64,000 nucleotides of DNA from Octopus vulgaris (Eukaryota), in the NCBI GenBank assembly GCA_951406725.2, contig OX597838.1, forward strand, positions 41,478,001-41,542,000, read 5' to 3'. Below, piece after piece: positions 26,513-37,488 of this stretch (its first letter is position 1; each line of letters opens with the position of its first letter). The notes below the pieces were generated by a model. The model did not search any database. It worked only from the letters and a program-made list of their open reading frames with translations, and was not told where the DNA came from. A program made the position numbers and the translations under genes.

Positions 26513-27246
26513 TGTCATGCCTTTTCAGTCTTCCATGCAAAACATGTCTGGCCTTGGAGAAATATTATTTTGCTTAGAAACGGGTGAAGAATAGCGTTTG
26601 GCTGTAGAACTTCTGCCTCACCAAATTCCGTTTCACTCATCCAAACATAGAAAAAGTGCAGTTTAAAAACGACAATGATGATGATGATGATGATGATGAC
26701 GATGACATATTTGTTGCACAAACTTTATTTCCAAATGAATGCCCCAGGAAGTCAATGTGTATCTGAAAAGTATAAGGTCAAGGTTTGGGCAACTTACAAT
26801 GATGGTGAGGTGAAGAAACTTCCTTCCTCTTGCACCTGATGACCCATCAGCTGCAGTAAATATTTTGCATATTTTCATAAACAAACTAATCTAACCTCGC
26901 TTAATCTAATCTTCTCAGTATTATTAATAGATTAGATTAAGTTCAGTTTCAGTTTGTTTATTTATGAAACTGTACAAAATATATCTCTTGGTGGTCAGTT
27001 GGAATATTTTCACGAGTTTATTTTATGAAATTTTTTTTGTTATATTTTATTTGTTTCAGTCATTAGACTGCGGCCATGCTGGGGCACCACCATGGAAAAT
27101 TTTATTTGAATAAATCAACCTCAATACCTACTTTTTAAATCTGGTGCTTATTCTCTTGATCTCCTTTGCTGAACAGCTAAGTTATGGGAACATAAACAAA
27201 CCAACATTGGTTGTCAAGTGGTGGTAGGGGACAAACACACACACAC

Positions 27247-27282
<36 letters not shown>

Positions 27283-27306
27283 ATATTTCACATGGTCATA
27301 CGCACA

Positions 27307-27341
<35 letters not shown>

Positions 27342-28847
27342 CGATAGACTTCCACACTGTTTCCATCTACAAATTCACTCAAAAGTATTGGTTGACCTAG
27401 GACTATAGTGGAAGACCCTTGTGGCCCAAACGTCCACACAGTGGGACTGAACCTGAATCAAAGATTTTTAGAAATTTTTGCAATTAATTTATATAAAGGA
27501 CCATATTTTATCAAATTAAATTAATTGCATGAAAAATGAAAATGTAATTTTTTTAGTACATTTTTCTTAGTTTTTTTTTCTTTTTCATACTTTTACATAG
27601 CAGTGGTGTTACCATCTTTTATTCGCAAACTAATTTCTGCTTTAACGTCCATTTTCCTCTGCTAGCATGAGTTAGATGGATATATTATTGCAGCATTATT
27701 TCACAGCCGGATGCCTTTCCTGCCACTTACCCATACCTGTTTTTAAGTTAGGGACATCTTATTCCACACTCGTTTTTGAAAAAGCAAAGTGAATGATAAC
27801 CTGCTTAGGAGGGAAATAATTAACTGAGGGGTTTTGGGAGAAACACAAACGTTAGCAAGTGCACATGCACTCACACATTATACTCTCACGCACGCACACA
27901 CATACATACACAAGACACACACATACATACACAAGACAATCTCTCTCACACACATACATACACAAGACAAGTTTCTTTCAGCTCCCATCTTCCATATCTA
28001 TTCACAGGGTATTAGTTGGTGCAGTGCTGTAGCTGGAGACCCAAGGTGCCATATAGTGGCACTGAGTCCAAAATCATTGGTTATGGAGCGAATTTCCAGG
28101 TGTCTCGGCCTTGTGGGTCAATGACCAAATATTCGATCATATGTTTGGCCTTGATCTCATTGATCTGCTCAGCAAAGTTAAATGATTATCCATTCAACAG
28201 CATCAACCACAGTTTGGAATTTACATTTGGAAAATAAAAAGAAAACAGATTAAATACCAAAAATACAAATTAAATTGATAAAAGGTGAAAAGAGCTTTTT
28301 TTTACTGGAATTTATATTTATTTAATTAAAAAAAAACCCAGCCACACTCATTAGTGTTCTGTGAAATATGTATTTTAATTTGGTTTTAAAAAATGGAAAG
28401 AAAAATTCTCTGGCTATTGTAACAGATTGCAAATGTTGGCTGAAGGCTAGTCATTGTTTTCACAGGAATAGGGGTCAGTTAATTACGCCGAGCCCCTTGC
28501 TCAACTGGTACTTATTCTGTTGACCCAAAAACAATGAATGGCAAAGTCAATCTTGGCAAAATTGGAATCCAGAATATAAAGAGCCAAAAAAACCCCCCAA
28601 AAAATGCTGCTCTGCATTTTGTTTGGCACACTACCAATTCCACCAGGTGAGTTTGTCATAGTGACATTGCCCCAGGTGTAAACTTTTGCCTTATTTTATT
28701 AACAACCTTCCAGTATGAAGATAAAGAATACTAAGGATGTAAGACAATACAAACACAAGGGATTTGAAGCAACTTACATGGAAGAACGATTTTAATCTTG
28801 AGAACGATTTTAATCAAAATCGATCAATGGAAATTGCAACTGAGATA

Positions 28848-29303
28848 CCAGTGCCAGGGGCACGTAAGAGAACCATCCGAACGTGGCTGTTGCCAGCGCC
28901 GCCCCGACTGGCCTCGTGCTGGTGGCACGTAAAAAGCACCATCCGTTCGTGGCCGTTGCCAGCCTTGCCTGGCCTCCCGTGCTGGTGGCACGTAAAAAGC
29001 ACCATCCGTTCGTGGCCATTGCCAGCCTCACCTGGCGCCCCCGTGCCAGTGGCACATAAAAAGCTCCATCCGATCGTGGCCGATGCCGGACCCCCCTGGC
29101 ACCTGTGCCGGTGGCATGTAAAAAGCACCCACTACATTCTCGGAGTGGTTGGCGTTAGGAAGGGCATCCAGCCGTAGAAACACTGCCAGATCAGACTGGG
29201 CCTGGTGCAGCCTTCTGGCTTCCCAGACCCCAGTTGAACTGTCCAACCCATGCTAGCATGGAAAGCGGACGTTAAACGATGATGATGATGATGATGATGA
29301 TGA
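28848..29303 (+). mobile_element. SINE family D with five tandem ~60-bp internal modules
   Basis: Module GTGC(C/T)GGTGGCACGTAAAAAGCACCATCCGTTCGTGGCCGTTGCCAGC... repeated, followed by the family D tail. Confidence 0.85.
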
Positions 29304-30852
29304 TAGAAATCAAACCGTTTCATATGTATTGAGGCTGGAATAAAAAGAAAAAGGAAGACTGCAACATCCTGACACAACACCTGATGCCATCCAGGTGGAA
29401 ATTAAGAACATACAGGTTTGATCAGGAAAATGTCAAGTTCAGAAGAAAAAAACAAAAAAAAAAACTGTATTTTTATGTGAGGTTTTTTTTTTTATAATGT
29501 TATTTACAGAGTTTAATTGTCAGAGAAACTGTTTTGTTGTTTTGTTTTTGCTGAAATCCACTGGCTTTGTTTCAATTAATATTGAAAATGACAAAGAATT
29601 TGGTAAAATAACTATGTTACTAACAAGACACATATACATCGTCATTTGATGCTGGTTGGCAACTGGAAGAGCATCCAGCTCTGCTTTGAACAAACTCCTC
29701 TTGACCCATTCAAGCTTAGAAAAGTAGACATTAAATGATGATGATGATGATGATGATGAATGTAGTGTGATAACCGCAGACATATTTCAGTCTTATTAAA
29801 ACCTCCTCAAAAACATTATATAATAATTAGAGAGTTGGATAGATTGATTTTCAATAATCTTTGCAGCTCTCTATGTTCTGAGTTCAAATCCTACCAACGT
29901 CTGCTTTGCCTTTTATCCTTTCAGGGTTGATAAATAAAGTACCACTCAACTTCTGCTATTATATTCTCTCACTCTGTCTTTCTGTCTATCTTTCTTTCTT
30001 CTGGAAATGATCAGACCCAGAAAGGGATGAACTCTATCTGCCCTAAAAAAGTCCAAGACACTCTACATCACAATGGGACCCCAATGACTCCTGCACAAAA
30101 TTGAGGCCCCAAAGCAAACAAAGGAAGTCCAACCATTAGAAGAGATCTTAGAATGACAGGAGTGAAGTACAGGATGCAGCAGCCCCCCCCCCCCCGCCAA
30201 CACCACACAAATGGCCGTGTAAAATAGAGCAGGTTTCTATGTCGTACTCTGTGTTCAGGGTTTCTGTTAATCAACACAAGGATCTCATAGCTTGACCCTT
30301 CAGCTTCCAGATCCCTCAGTAAGGCTTATTTATTCAGGTTGTTAGACATGATGGTTTCTTATTGGAATGACATTTGTAGGGTTGGTGTGTGAGACCAGAT
30401 AGGGCTAGTTTGAACATAAAACAGGTAGAATATTTTTGGCCGGATATGGCCGGTTTAAATGCTAAAGGGTTAAATGCCAACGACTGACAGGGAAAGATTT
30501 GTCAGTGTCACCTGCTGCATGAAAACTTAATAGTAAAGTGTATGTTGGTATGCTTGGTGTAGAAGTCAATAATACCCAAGCTGAAAGACCAATACGGAGT
30601 CACTAGAGTTACTAGAAACGGCAGCCAAATGCATGACCGTCGTCTTTCGTGGAAATAGAAGAGTCTAGAACTGCATTGTCAATTATGCCTCTCTTGTTTT
30701 TCATATATTAAAGTGACTTGTGGATAATTTAGCTATGATTTCTAGCACATCGAGGCTCACTTGTTGCAAAGTAGTGTTTAAAATGCTTGGCCCCCGATCA
30801 ATTCTGATTGAGCAGACCCACAATTAAACATGATGTATCTAGGACAGCATTA

Positions 30853-31263
30853 GGATCGTTTCCGTTTGAACGGCAGTTTTTTCTAGCGGTGTCATATGAA
30901 ATTGTCACCCATAATTATGACCCTAGTATCGATCTATTGCATTTCATCTGTTTTAGGGTTAGGGGTGGGGGAAGGGCTTTTTTTTCTTCACAAATGTAAA
31001 TAAACCCAATCTGTTTCTTAAACGAGGGACATATTCATACGGCACAGAATGCTTTTTTTTACCTCAATAGACGTCATTGATTGGTTGAAATTGCAGAAAT
31101 TGAAGAAAAACAACAACAAATATCTTACAAACCATAGCATTTTCTCAATAAAGCCAAGAGAAAAAGATGTTTTATAAACACATTCTACCAGTATGCGAAG
31201 TTTAAAAGTGTTTAGTTACGTGGAAATTATTTTAAAAAACTGCCGTTCAAACCGAAAGGATCC
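30853..31263. mobile_element. MITE with ~30-bp TIRs and probable 8-bp TSD (Merlin- or hAT-like)
   Basis: GGATCGTTTCCGTTTGAACGGCAGTTTTTT / AAAAAACTGCCGTTCAAACCGAAAGGATCC; flanks CAGCATTA and CTGCATTA. Confidence 0.8.
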
Positions 31264-32111
31264 CTGCATTACACAATATATCTGGCCTTAAAAAAATAAA
31301 TAAATAAAAGCAATGTGTTACGATTTGAGGAAGATTTCGCTGTTATTTCTAGCAGGACGAGAGAATGATTGACAAAATGTGCAGAGCATCGGACAATATG
31401 GCTGTTTCCATCCCGGCCATAGTCTAATTTCATCTTTCATCCTTATGTGATCGATAAAATAAAATACCAATCAAGCACCGGGAGTTAGTTTATATTCTTA
31501 AAGGGCGATCCTTCGGTATTGGTCTCCAGAGTATCGGTATGAGGAGGCGACGTCTTTCACTATCTTTTTCAGCCTAGCCTTTTTATCTGCCATGAAGTAA
31601 GGTTGTATGTATGAATGACGTCGTCTACCAATACCGAAGGATTGCTTTCTTTTAACGCTGCTGAGATGCGAAGAGAAGATTACATCCAAGTGTACTTATT
31701 AAACAGAGCATAACTATAGTTTAGTACCCCAACCTCTCGTTTGTTTTCCTATAATTTTCTTAATGTTTTTAGTGAAATTTTGTAGATACTGACTATTTTC
31801 GATCTGTATCATGATAGGCTAAAAGTAAACTTCGACGTTTTTTCAACATGCTTTCCAGTTTTATATAAATAACAAATTATAGAAATGAGGATTATGACAC
31901 AGATTTTATTTTTGACGTTGCGCAACATTTAAGGGCAATTGTTGAACGGTTAAAAAGACATAACACATCGTTTCTTTCTGAATTTTTTTTGAATGAATCT
32001 TTATTACCATCGTAATTGTAATCGCAACCTTCTTAATCGAATCGCTGCAAAACTGAATTCCCAAATATATATTATTAAAGCAATTATAAAATATACTCAT
32101 TGGAGGAAGAG

Positions 32112-32325
32112 GAGGTGCGTGGCTTAGTGGTTAGGGTGTTGGACTTGTGATCGTAAGACTGTGGTTTCGATTCCTGGACCGGGCGATGCGCTGTGTTCTT
32201 GAGCAAAACACTTCATTTCACGTTGCTCCAGTCCACTCAGCTGGCAAAATTGAATAATCTGGCGACGGACAGGTGTCCCGTCCAGGTGGGGAATATACAC
32301 GCCATTGAAACCGGTCCTCATGAGC
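32112..32325 (+). mobile_element. tRNA-derived SINE with CORE-like domain (other copies 47707-47925 +, 21130-21295 -)
   Basis: TGGCTTAGTGGTTAGG...GGTTTCGATTCC head followed by TGTGTTCTTGAGCAAAACACTTCAT...CAGTCCACTCAGCTG. Confidence 0.7.
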
Positions 32326-32344
32326 CTGGCATAATTCGGTTCTA

Positions 32345-32551
32345 CTTGAGAACAGTGGTCCCGGTGCGCGCACTCGCGCTAGCTAGTCATGACTAGTCGA
32401 TCCTTACTTTGTGTTTTTGTGTTTCATTTACTTTGTTCAACAAAAATTTTATTTATTTTGCTAGGTAGTCGTTGTAGGATCGACTAGTCACGACTAGCTA
32501 GCTCGGATGCACGACTATGCGAGTGCGCGCACCGGGACCACTGTCCTCAAG
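32345..32551. mobile_element. MITE with long TIRs flanked by TA (Tc1/mariner-type TSD)
   Basis: CTTGAGAACAGTGGTCCCGGTGCGCGCACTCGC / GCGAGTGCGCGCACCGGGACCACTGTCCTCAAG, plus inner arms GCTAGCTAGTCATGACTAGTCGATCCT / AGGATCGACTAGTCACGACTAGCTAGC. Confidence 0.82.
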
Positions 32552-32669
32552 TAGTACCGCATAATTCAAGAAAGAAACATTTTATATTCATTGGAACCCT
32601 AAAGTCCTGATAAGCCCCTCTAAAACTATTGTTAGGGGCTACACTTGGGACTAAAGCACTCTCTGGGCA

Positions 32670-32850
32670 AATGAGGATCGAAAAGGTCGACACCGAACAT
32701 TTACTTCCTGTTTCCAAACACATGGCGCTTCGCTGACATTTGAATATAATAATAGATTTTATATACTCACACAGCCGTGTGTGTATATATGTATGTATAT
32801 ATATAAGTCTGCAGAAACTATGCATGGTCTAGGACAATAAGGTAAAGGTT
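32670..32850 (+). promoter_or_regulatory. Candidate promoter / non-coding first exon of METTL16
   Basis: The first coding exon begins with a splice acceptor, so an upstream exon is required. This locally CpG-rich non-repeat segment has an ETS-like ACTTCCTG (~32703), a YY1-like ACATGGCG (~32719) and a possible donor AAG|GTAAAG at 32842. An alternative donor TTG|GTAAGT lies at 33241. Confidence 0.3.
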
Positions 32851-32972
32851 TTCATTTTTCATTCACTTTCAGAATTACAATTAATGGCTTGGAGTTTAAC
32901 TGCTCTTTCTAGTGTGTCAGATATCCTATTTTTTGGTGGGGTATCTCTTATGTGTTTGAATGTACACTGTAT

Positions 32973-33034
<62 letters not shown>

Positions 33035-33809
33035 CACCGTGATCGACCAGGCTATCAGATGTTGCTACACATCGCTGGTCACAATGCGCTTCGCATTGCC
33101 TTAGCCTTCAAATGACGCCACCCCGCTGGCTAAGCGAGCAGGCCAATGTGTGTATATATATATATATATGTATATGTTCTGGATAACGTTCGTAATACTT
33201 TTGCTTGACAACCTATATTGACGTATTTAAATTTTCTTTGGTAAGTTTAAATTATTCAAATTTAATTTTAGCGAAACTTGTTTGTCAACTTCAATTAAAC
33301 ATAACAATCATCGCAGACGTTCCCTCCGTGACCATTTCGTTTACTTACCATTATTATTGTTTTGTTTTCCAGAGCGGACTTTCGGAACAGCGATTGTTTT
33401 CCTTCCTAATTTTCATGCAACAGGAATTACGATTATAAGACGTTTTGTTTTCATTTTTGCCCCCTAATCCTTCCCCGTGATAGCTGTTCCCGGGATTCCA
33501 CATTTTCAGGTATAATATCTCGCACTATATTATCCAACTCGTCTTCCTTCCTATTTTAGAGACCGTAAGTTGTAAGTTGGTGCCTTGAATAATTTTCGCT
33601 GCTATTTCTAGCAAATCCATCCATCACATTGTATGTTTGTCCATTGTCTCTTTTGAAGCGAAAATATATAAAATATTTTATCACTAATTATTCTGACAAC
33701 CGAATCAGTAACTTTAAGCTTTCATTTCTCTGAGTAAAATTCTCTGAGAGCTGATTTAAAATAAATGTTTTGCTCCATCACAGAATATCCGAGTAAAGTA
33801 AGGTAAGAT

Positions 33810-34560
33810 AATACTAATGAACCTATTGTACTCAGTGCTCAGGTGCACCACAACTCATCGGAAAAAGGAACCCAAAGTGCTTAAACAGCAGAATATGCAC
33901 AGGAAGGGAACAACGAAAAAGTCTAAAAAGAAAAAGAAAAAAAAGGAAACGGGGAAAGAAAGAGGAGTGGTGGCCTCGGGTGTACTGTCGGCGAATTTCA
34001 GGAAGCATGAAAGTGTTTGGAAGACGTAGTGTCACGTGAGCAAACAACTGATGTAGATTGCTTATTTGGTGATGCAAGTATGGATGTACCCTAGCCATAG
34101 ACAGCTTTAAATTGATGGTGAGGCTGAGACACCCTTGGTCTTCTTGCCAATCCTAGAGATCGCTGTTGGCAATAACTGACATTCACTAGCAACTGGTGTT
34201 GTTGAGGGAGTACGTAAAAGCTGGGTTTTGCCTCCCAAAGTGCCTGGGGATGCACTTGTCATCCACAGCCAGCCTGAGTTGCCCAGTCAGTAATCCATTG
34301 CTGCACTGTGTCCAGGTCTGATTGCAGGAAAGGTCTATAGTGTACAGGAGCTGTTATTTTTATTTCAAGGTACAGCCTGGTGTCATCTGCGTATTTCAAC
34401 ACTGTCACATACTTCAATTTGGCGTCTTTATCATTAATGTGTGTGACAAACAGCAGGAGCCCAATCATGGGTCCCTGTGGTACAGCAAATGTCATCTCAT
34501 AGGGTAACGAATGATGTCCTAGAACCGTGACTAAATGTTTTCAGCCAAGAATAAAGGACT
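33810..34560 (-). mobile_element. Internally deleted CR1/L2-group LINE (same family as 24266-25072)
   Basis: VPQGPMIGLLLFVTHIND...LKYADDTRLY...LQSDLDTVQQW; 33980-34055 matches 24859-24930 in reverse. Confidence 0.85.
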
Positions 34561-35329
34561 TCAATCAGTTACAGAGATCATCTTTCACAACCTTTGCAGA
34601 GAGTTTTGCCATGAATCGTTTGTGTGGCAAATCAGGAGAAAATCTTAAAGAATGTCTCAAAGACAATTCTGTTGATTCTTGCATTCCTGAATAATACATT
34701 TTATTCTACACAGGTAGAAAAGAAATCCACTTTACTTTGGACGGGTATTTGCAAAATAAACTGCTATTCAGAAGGTTTGTCTTCTACTTGAAACAAATGG
34801 CAGAGTTTTGGAAATAGGAAAAAGAAAGAAACACTAAACTTACAGTTGAAACATGGAGTAGAACAAACTTGAATGTGTTTGTGTGTGTGTAAGTACAGCC
34901 TTCAGTGGTACCCTTGAGCAAGGCATTTCACTCACTTGGCCCCAAACAACTGAAATGAATACCAGTAAGTAGAAGCTGGGAGTTAACCTTGCTGGGAACT
35001 AGCATCCTTTACAGGTGTGTGAGGTAGTCTTGTACTTTTCTGTATCTATCACGTATTTATATCTATATGGAACAAAAACACAATAGAAGACGATAAAGCA
35101 TTCGGACAGATGGACAATACAAAGGTGGACAAGAGAAACAACAATTAGAAGGACAGGCATAAAAAGATGGGTCATTCGTGGCCTTCTTTCCTCAGTCAAG
35201 TACCAGAAGTCACGACTGTTTCAAGCAGTTACATTTGCTCCCAAGGAGAGAGAGACTGTTTCATTTTGTGATCCAGAAAGTACAATAAATACCAAGGATC
35301 CATGGGGAACTGGTTTTCTCAAATGCCTT

Positions 35330-35870
35330 GGAGGCTCTGTAAAAGTAGTTGATAGTTTCTGTTTCCTTGGTGACTTAAATAGCATTGGAAGAGGAGGGTG
35401 ATGTGAAAGTGTAGGATAAGGATAGGATGGAGAAAGTTCAGAGAGCTTTTACCTCTTGGCTACAAAAAGTCTCTTGCTCTCACTCTCTCCTTGAGTGAAG
35501 GGCAGATTGTTTGATGCTTGTGTACATATAGCTATGTTACATGGTAGTGAGATGTGGGCTCTAAATGCAGGGGAATGAAGCTTCTATGCTCCACTGGATG
35601 TGCTAGTGTATTGAGGGAAAAGCAGGGCATCAGAGGAATTGGATGCAGTGTGCAAGAGAGGAGACTGAGCTGGTTTGGTCATGTGATGCACTTGGATGGG
35701 GACAGTTGCATAAAGAAGTGCTGGTCACTTAAAGTGGATGGAACTTGTAGAAGAAGGAGACCCAGAAAGACATTGGATGAAGTATCGAAGGCTGGCGTCA
35801 GGATGCTAAGCCTTACCAAGGAGATGACAGAGGATCAAGAGAATTGGCAATTTGCTGAGCTGAAGAAGAG
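35330..35870 (+). mobile_element. Decayed RTE-clade LINE 3' fragment
   Basis: VQERRLSWFGHVMHLDGDSCIKKCWSLKVDGTCRRRRPRKTLDEV. Confidence 0.85.
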
Positions 35871-37166
35871 CTGTGTCCATCACAGTAAAAACGAAATCCT
35901 GAAACCCCTTGGTATGCTTGTATGTGGGGCCTTGCCTCGATTCCTCTTTGTCTCTGCTTTCAAGTCTTTCTCAATTATCTCCCTTTAGGCTGTTTCCAAA
36001 GTTTTATTTTCATTTCTCTATCATCATCATCATCATCATCATTTAACGTCCGTTCTCCATGCTAGCATGGGTTGGACGGTTCGACCGGGGATCTGGGAAG
36101 CCAGAAGGCTGCACCAGGCTCCGGTCTTATCTGGCAATGTTTCTACAGCTGGATGCCCTTTTACTCGCATCTCTACCTTAGTAGAAACTGATGGATAAAG
36201 AATTCAAACAGCATAAAAACGATTGGCAGCAAAACCATTCGGAAATTAAATAACACTAACATGTTTTTATAATATATATATTATATATACATCTATATAT
36301 CGATCTAAGTTAACAGGAATACTAAAGGAAGACTGGAATTTAAGAGAATGGAAAACCAAAAGGTCTCCTGCTATTCATTTAAAAATTCCTGAGTAGAACT
36401 TATTATTATTACCTCTGCCTTTAAAACTATTTTGAATGGTGAATTTATTAACTTTGAATAAACTATTTATTACTGTTACTAATTTTCTACAGCCACCTTC
36501 ACATTCCATAACTACCATTGGGATCGATCAGGTACCGAACAAGGATTCTGGATTATTTTCCTGTTTTTTTACTTCATTTTTGAGAGCAGTTGAGTTCATT
36601 TTTAGTATTCTCACTTGTGAGAGCAGTCAAGTTTATTTCAGACATTCTCCTTTTAAAAATCATCTCCAGCTAATCATTGAGAGGACAATGGAGTTGCCTT
36701 AGCAGAGGTTTGCACTCTCTGAGTACTCCTGTTATTATTATTATCATTTGATGCAAACTCTCAGTTTATTTTGCTGGGTATGATGGAAAGTGTCAGCTGT
36801 CCACAGCCAGCAGACTAAGGTGACACTTGTTTAATGGTCATGCTTCATGGACCCTGCAAAGAATTCTTGCAGTTCCAAACAGTGCTTATTTTTGTAGGTG
36901 TTCTACCTTCACACTTGTACCACTCTTTTTTTAGCTATGTTGGTAGTTGAGTGCTGATACTTCCAAATGTGCCAGTCACTACTGGTATCACATCCACTCT
37001 CTTCGTTGCCTACAACCTGTGTATTTCCCACTTCAAATTGCCATAGTTGTTCGCTTTTTCTTCTTTCTCTTTGATCCTATTGTTACCAGAACATTCTATG
37101 TTGCTTATTATTATCGTTATTATTATTATTATTTTTACAGTTCTGTTGGATGAAGAACTCTTGAAA

Positions 37167-37488
37167 ATGTCTTTGAACAAATTCATGCATCCCCGGAATC
37201 TATACAAAAAACGCAAACCTAACTTCAAAGAATTAGCCTTGAAATATCCAGAATTTCGAAGCCATTTGGAACAGAATCTTTCTGGTAAACTAGTTCTTGA
37301 TTTCAAGAATCCTGCAGCTCTTCGCTTGCTCAGTACAATTCTCTTGAAGGAAGATTTTGGGTTGGAAGTCAATATCCCTTCCAATCGTTTGGTGCCAACC
37401 ATTCCACTTCGGCTGAACTACATTCACTGGATTGAAGATCTGATTGTCTCTGATCAATCCTCTGCTCCCATCCAGGGTATTGATATTG
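37167..37488 (+). CDS. METTL16: METTL16 coding exon 1 (exon starts 37141 after acceptor tttttacag; ATG at 37167)
   Basis: Encodes MSLNKFMHPRNLYKKRKPNFKELALKYPEF...IQGIDI(G); donor G|GTAAGT at 37489, phase 1. Confidence 0.95.

Noticed and set aside
28848-29140. CRISPR-like array
   Set aside because: Linkers are homologous to each other, the array is part of a dispersed retroposon, the context is eukaryotic and there are no cas genes.
31498-31689. Minus-strand ORF containing MADKKARLKKIVKDVASSYRY
   Set aside because: Short, ends in a stop with no splice donor, coincides with a hairpin, and has no recognisable homology.
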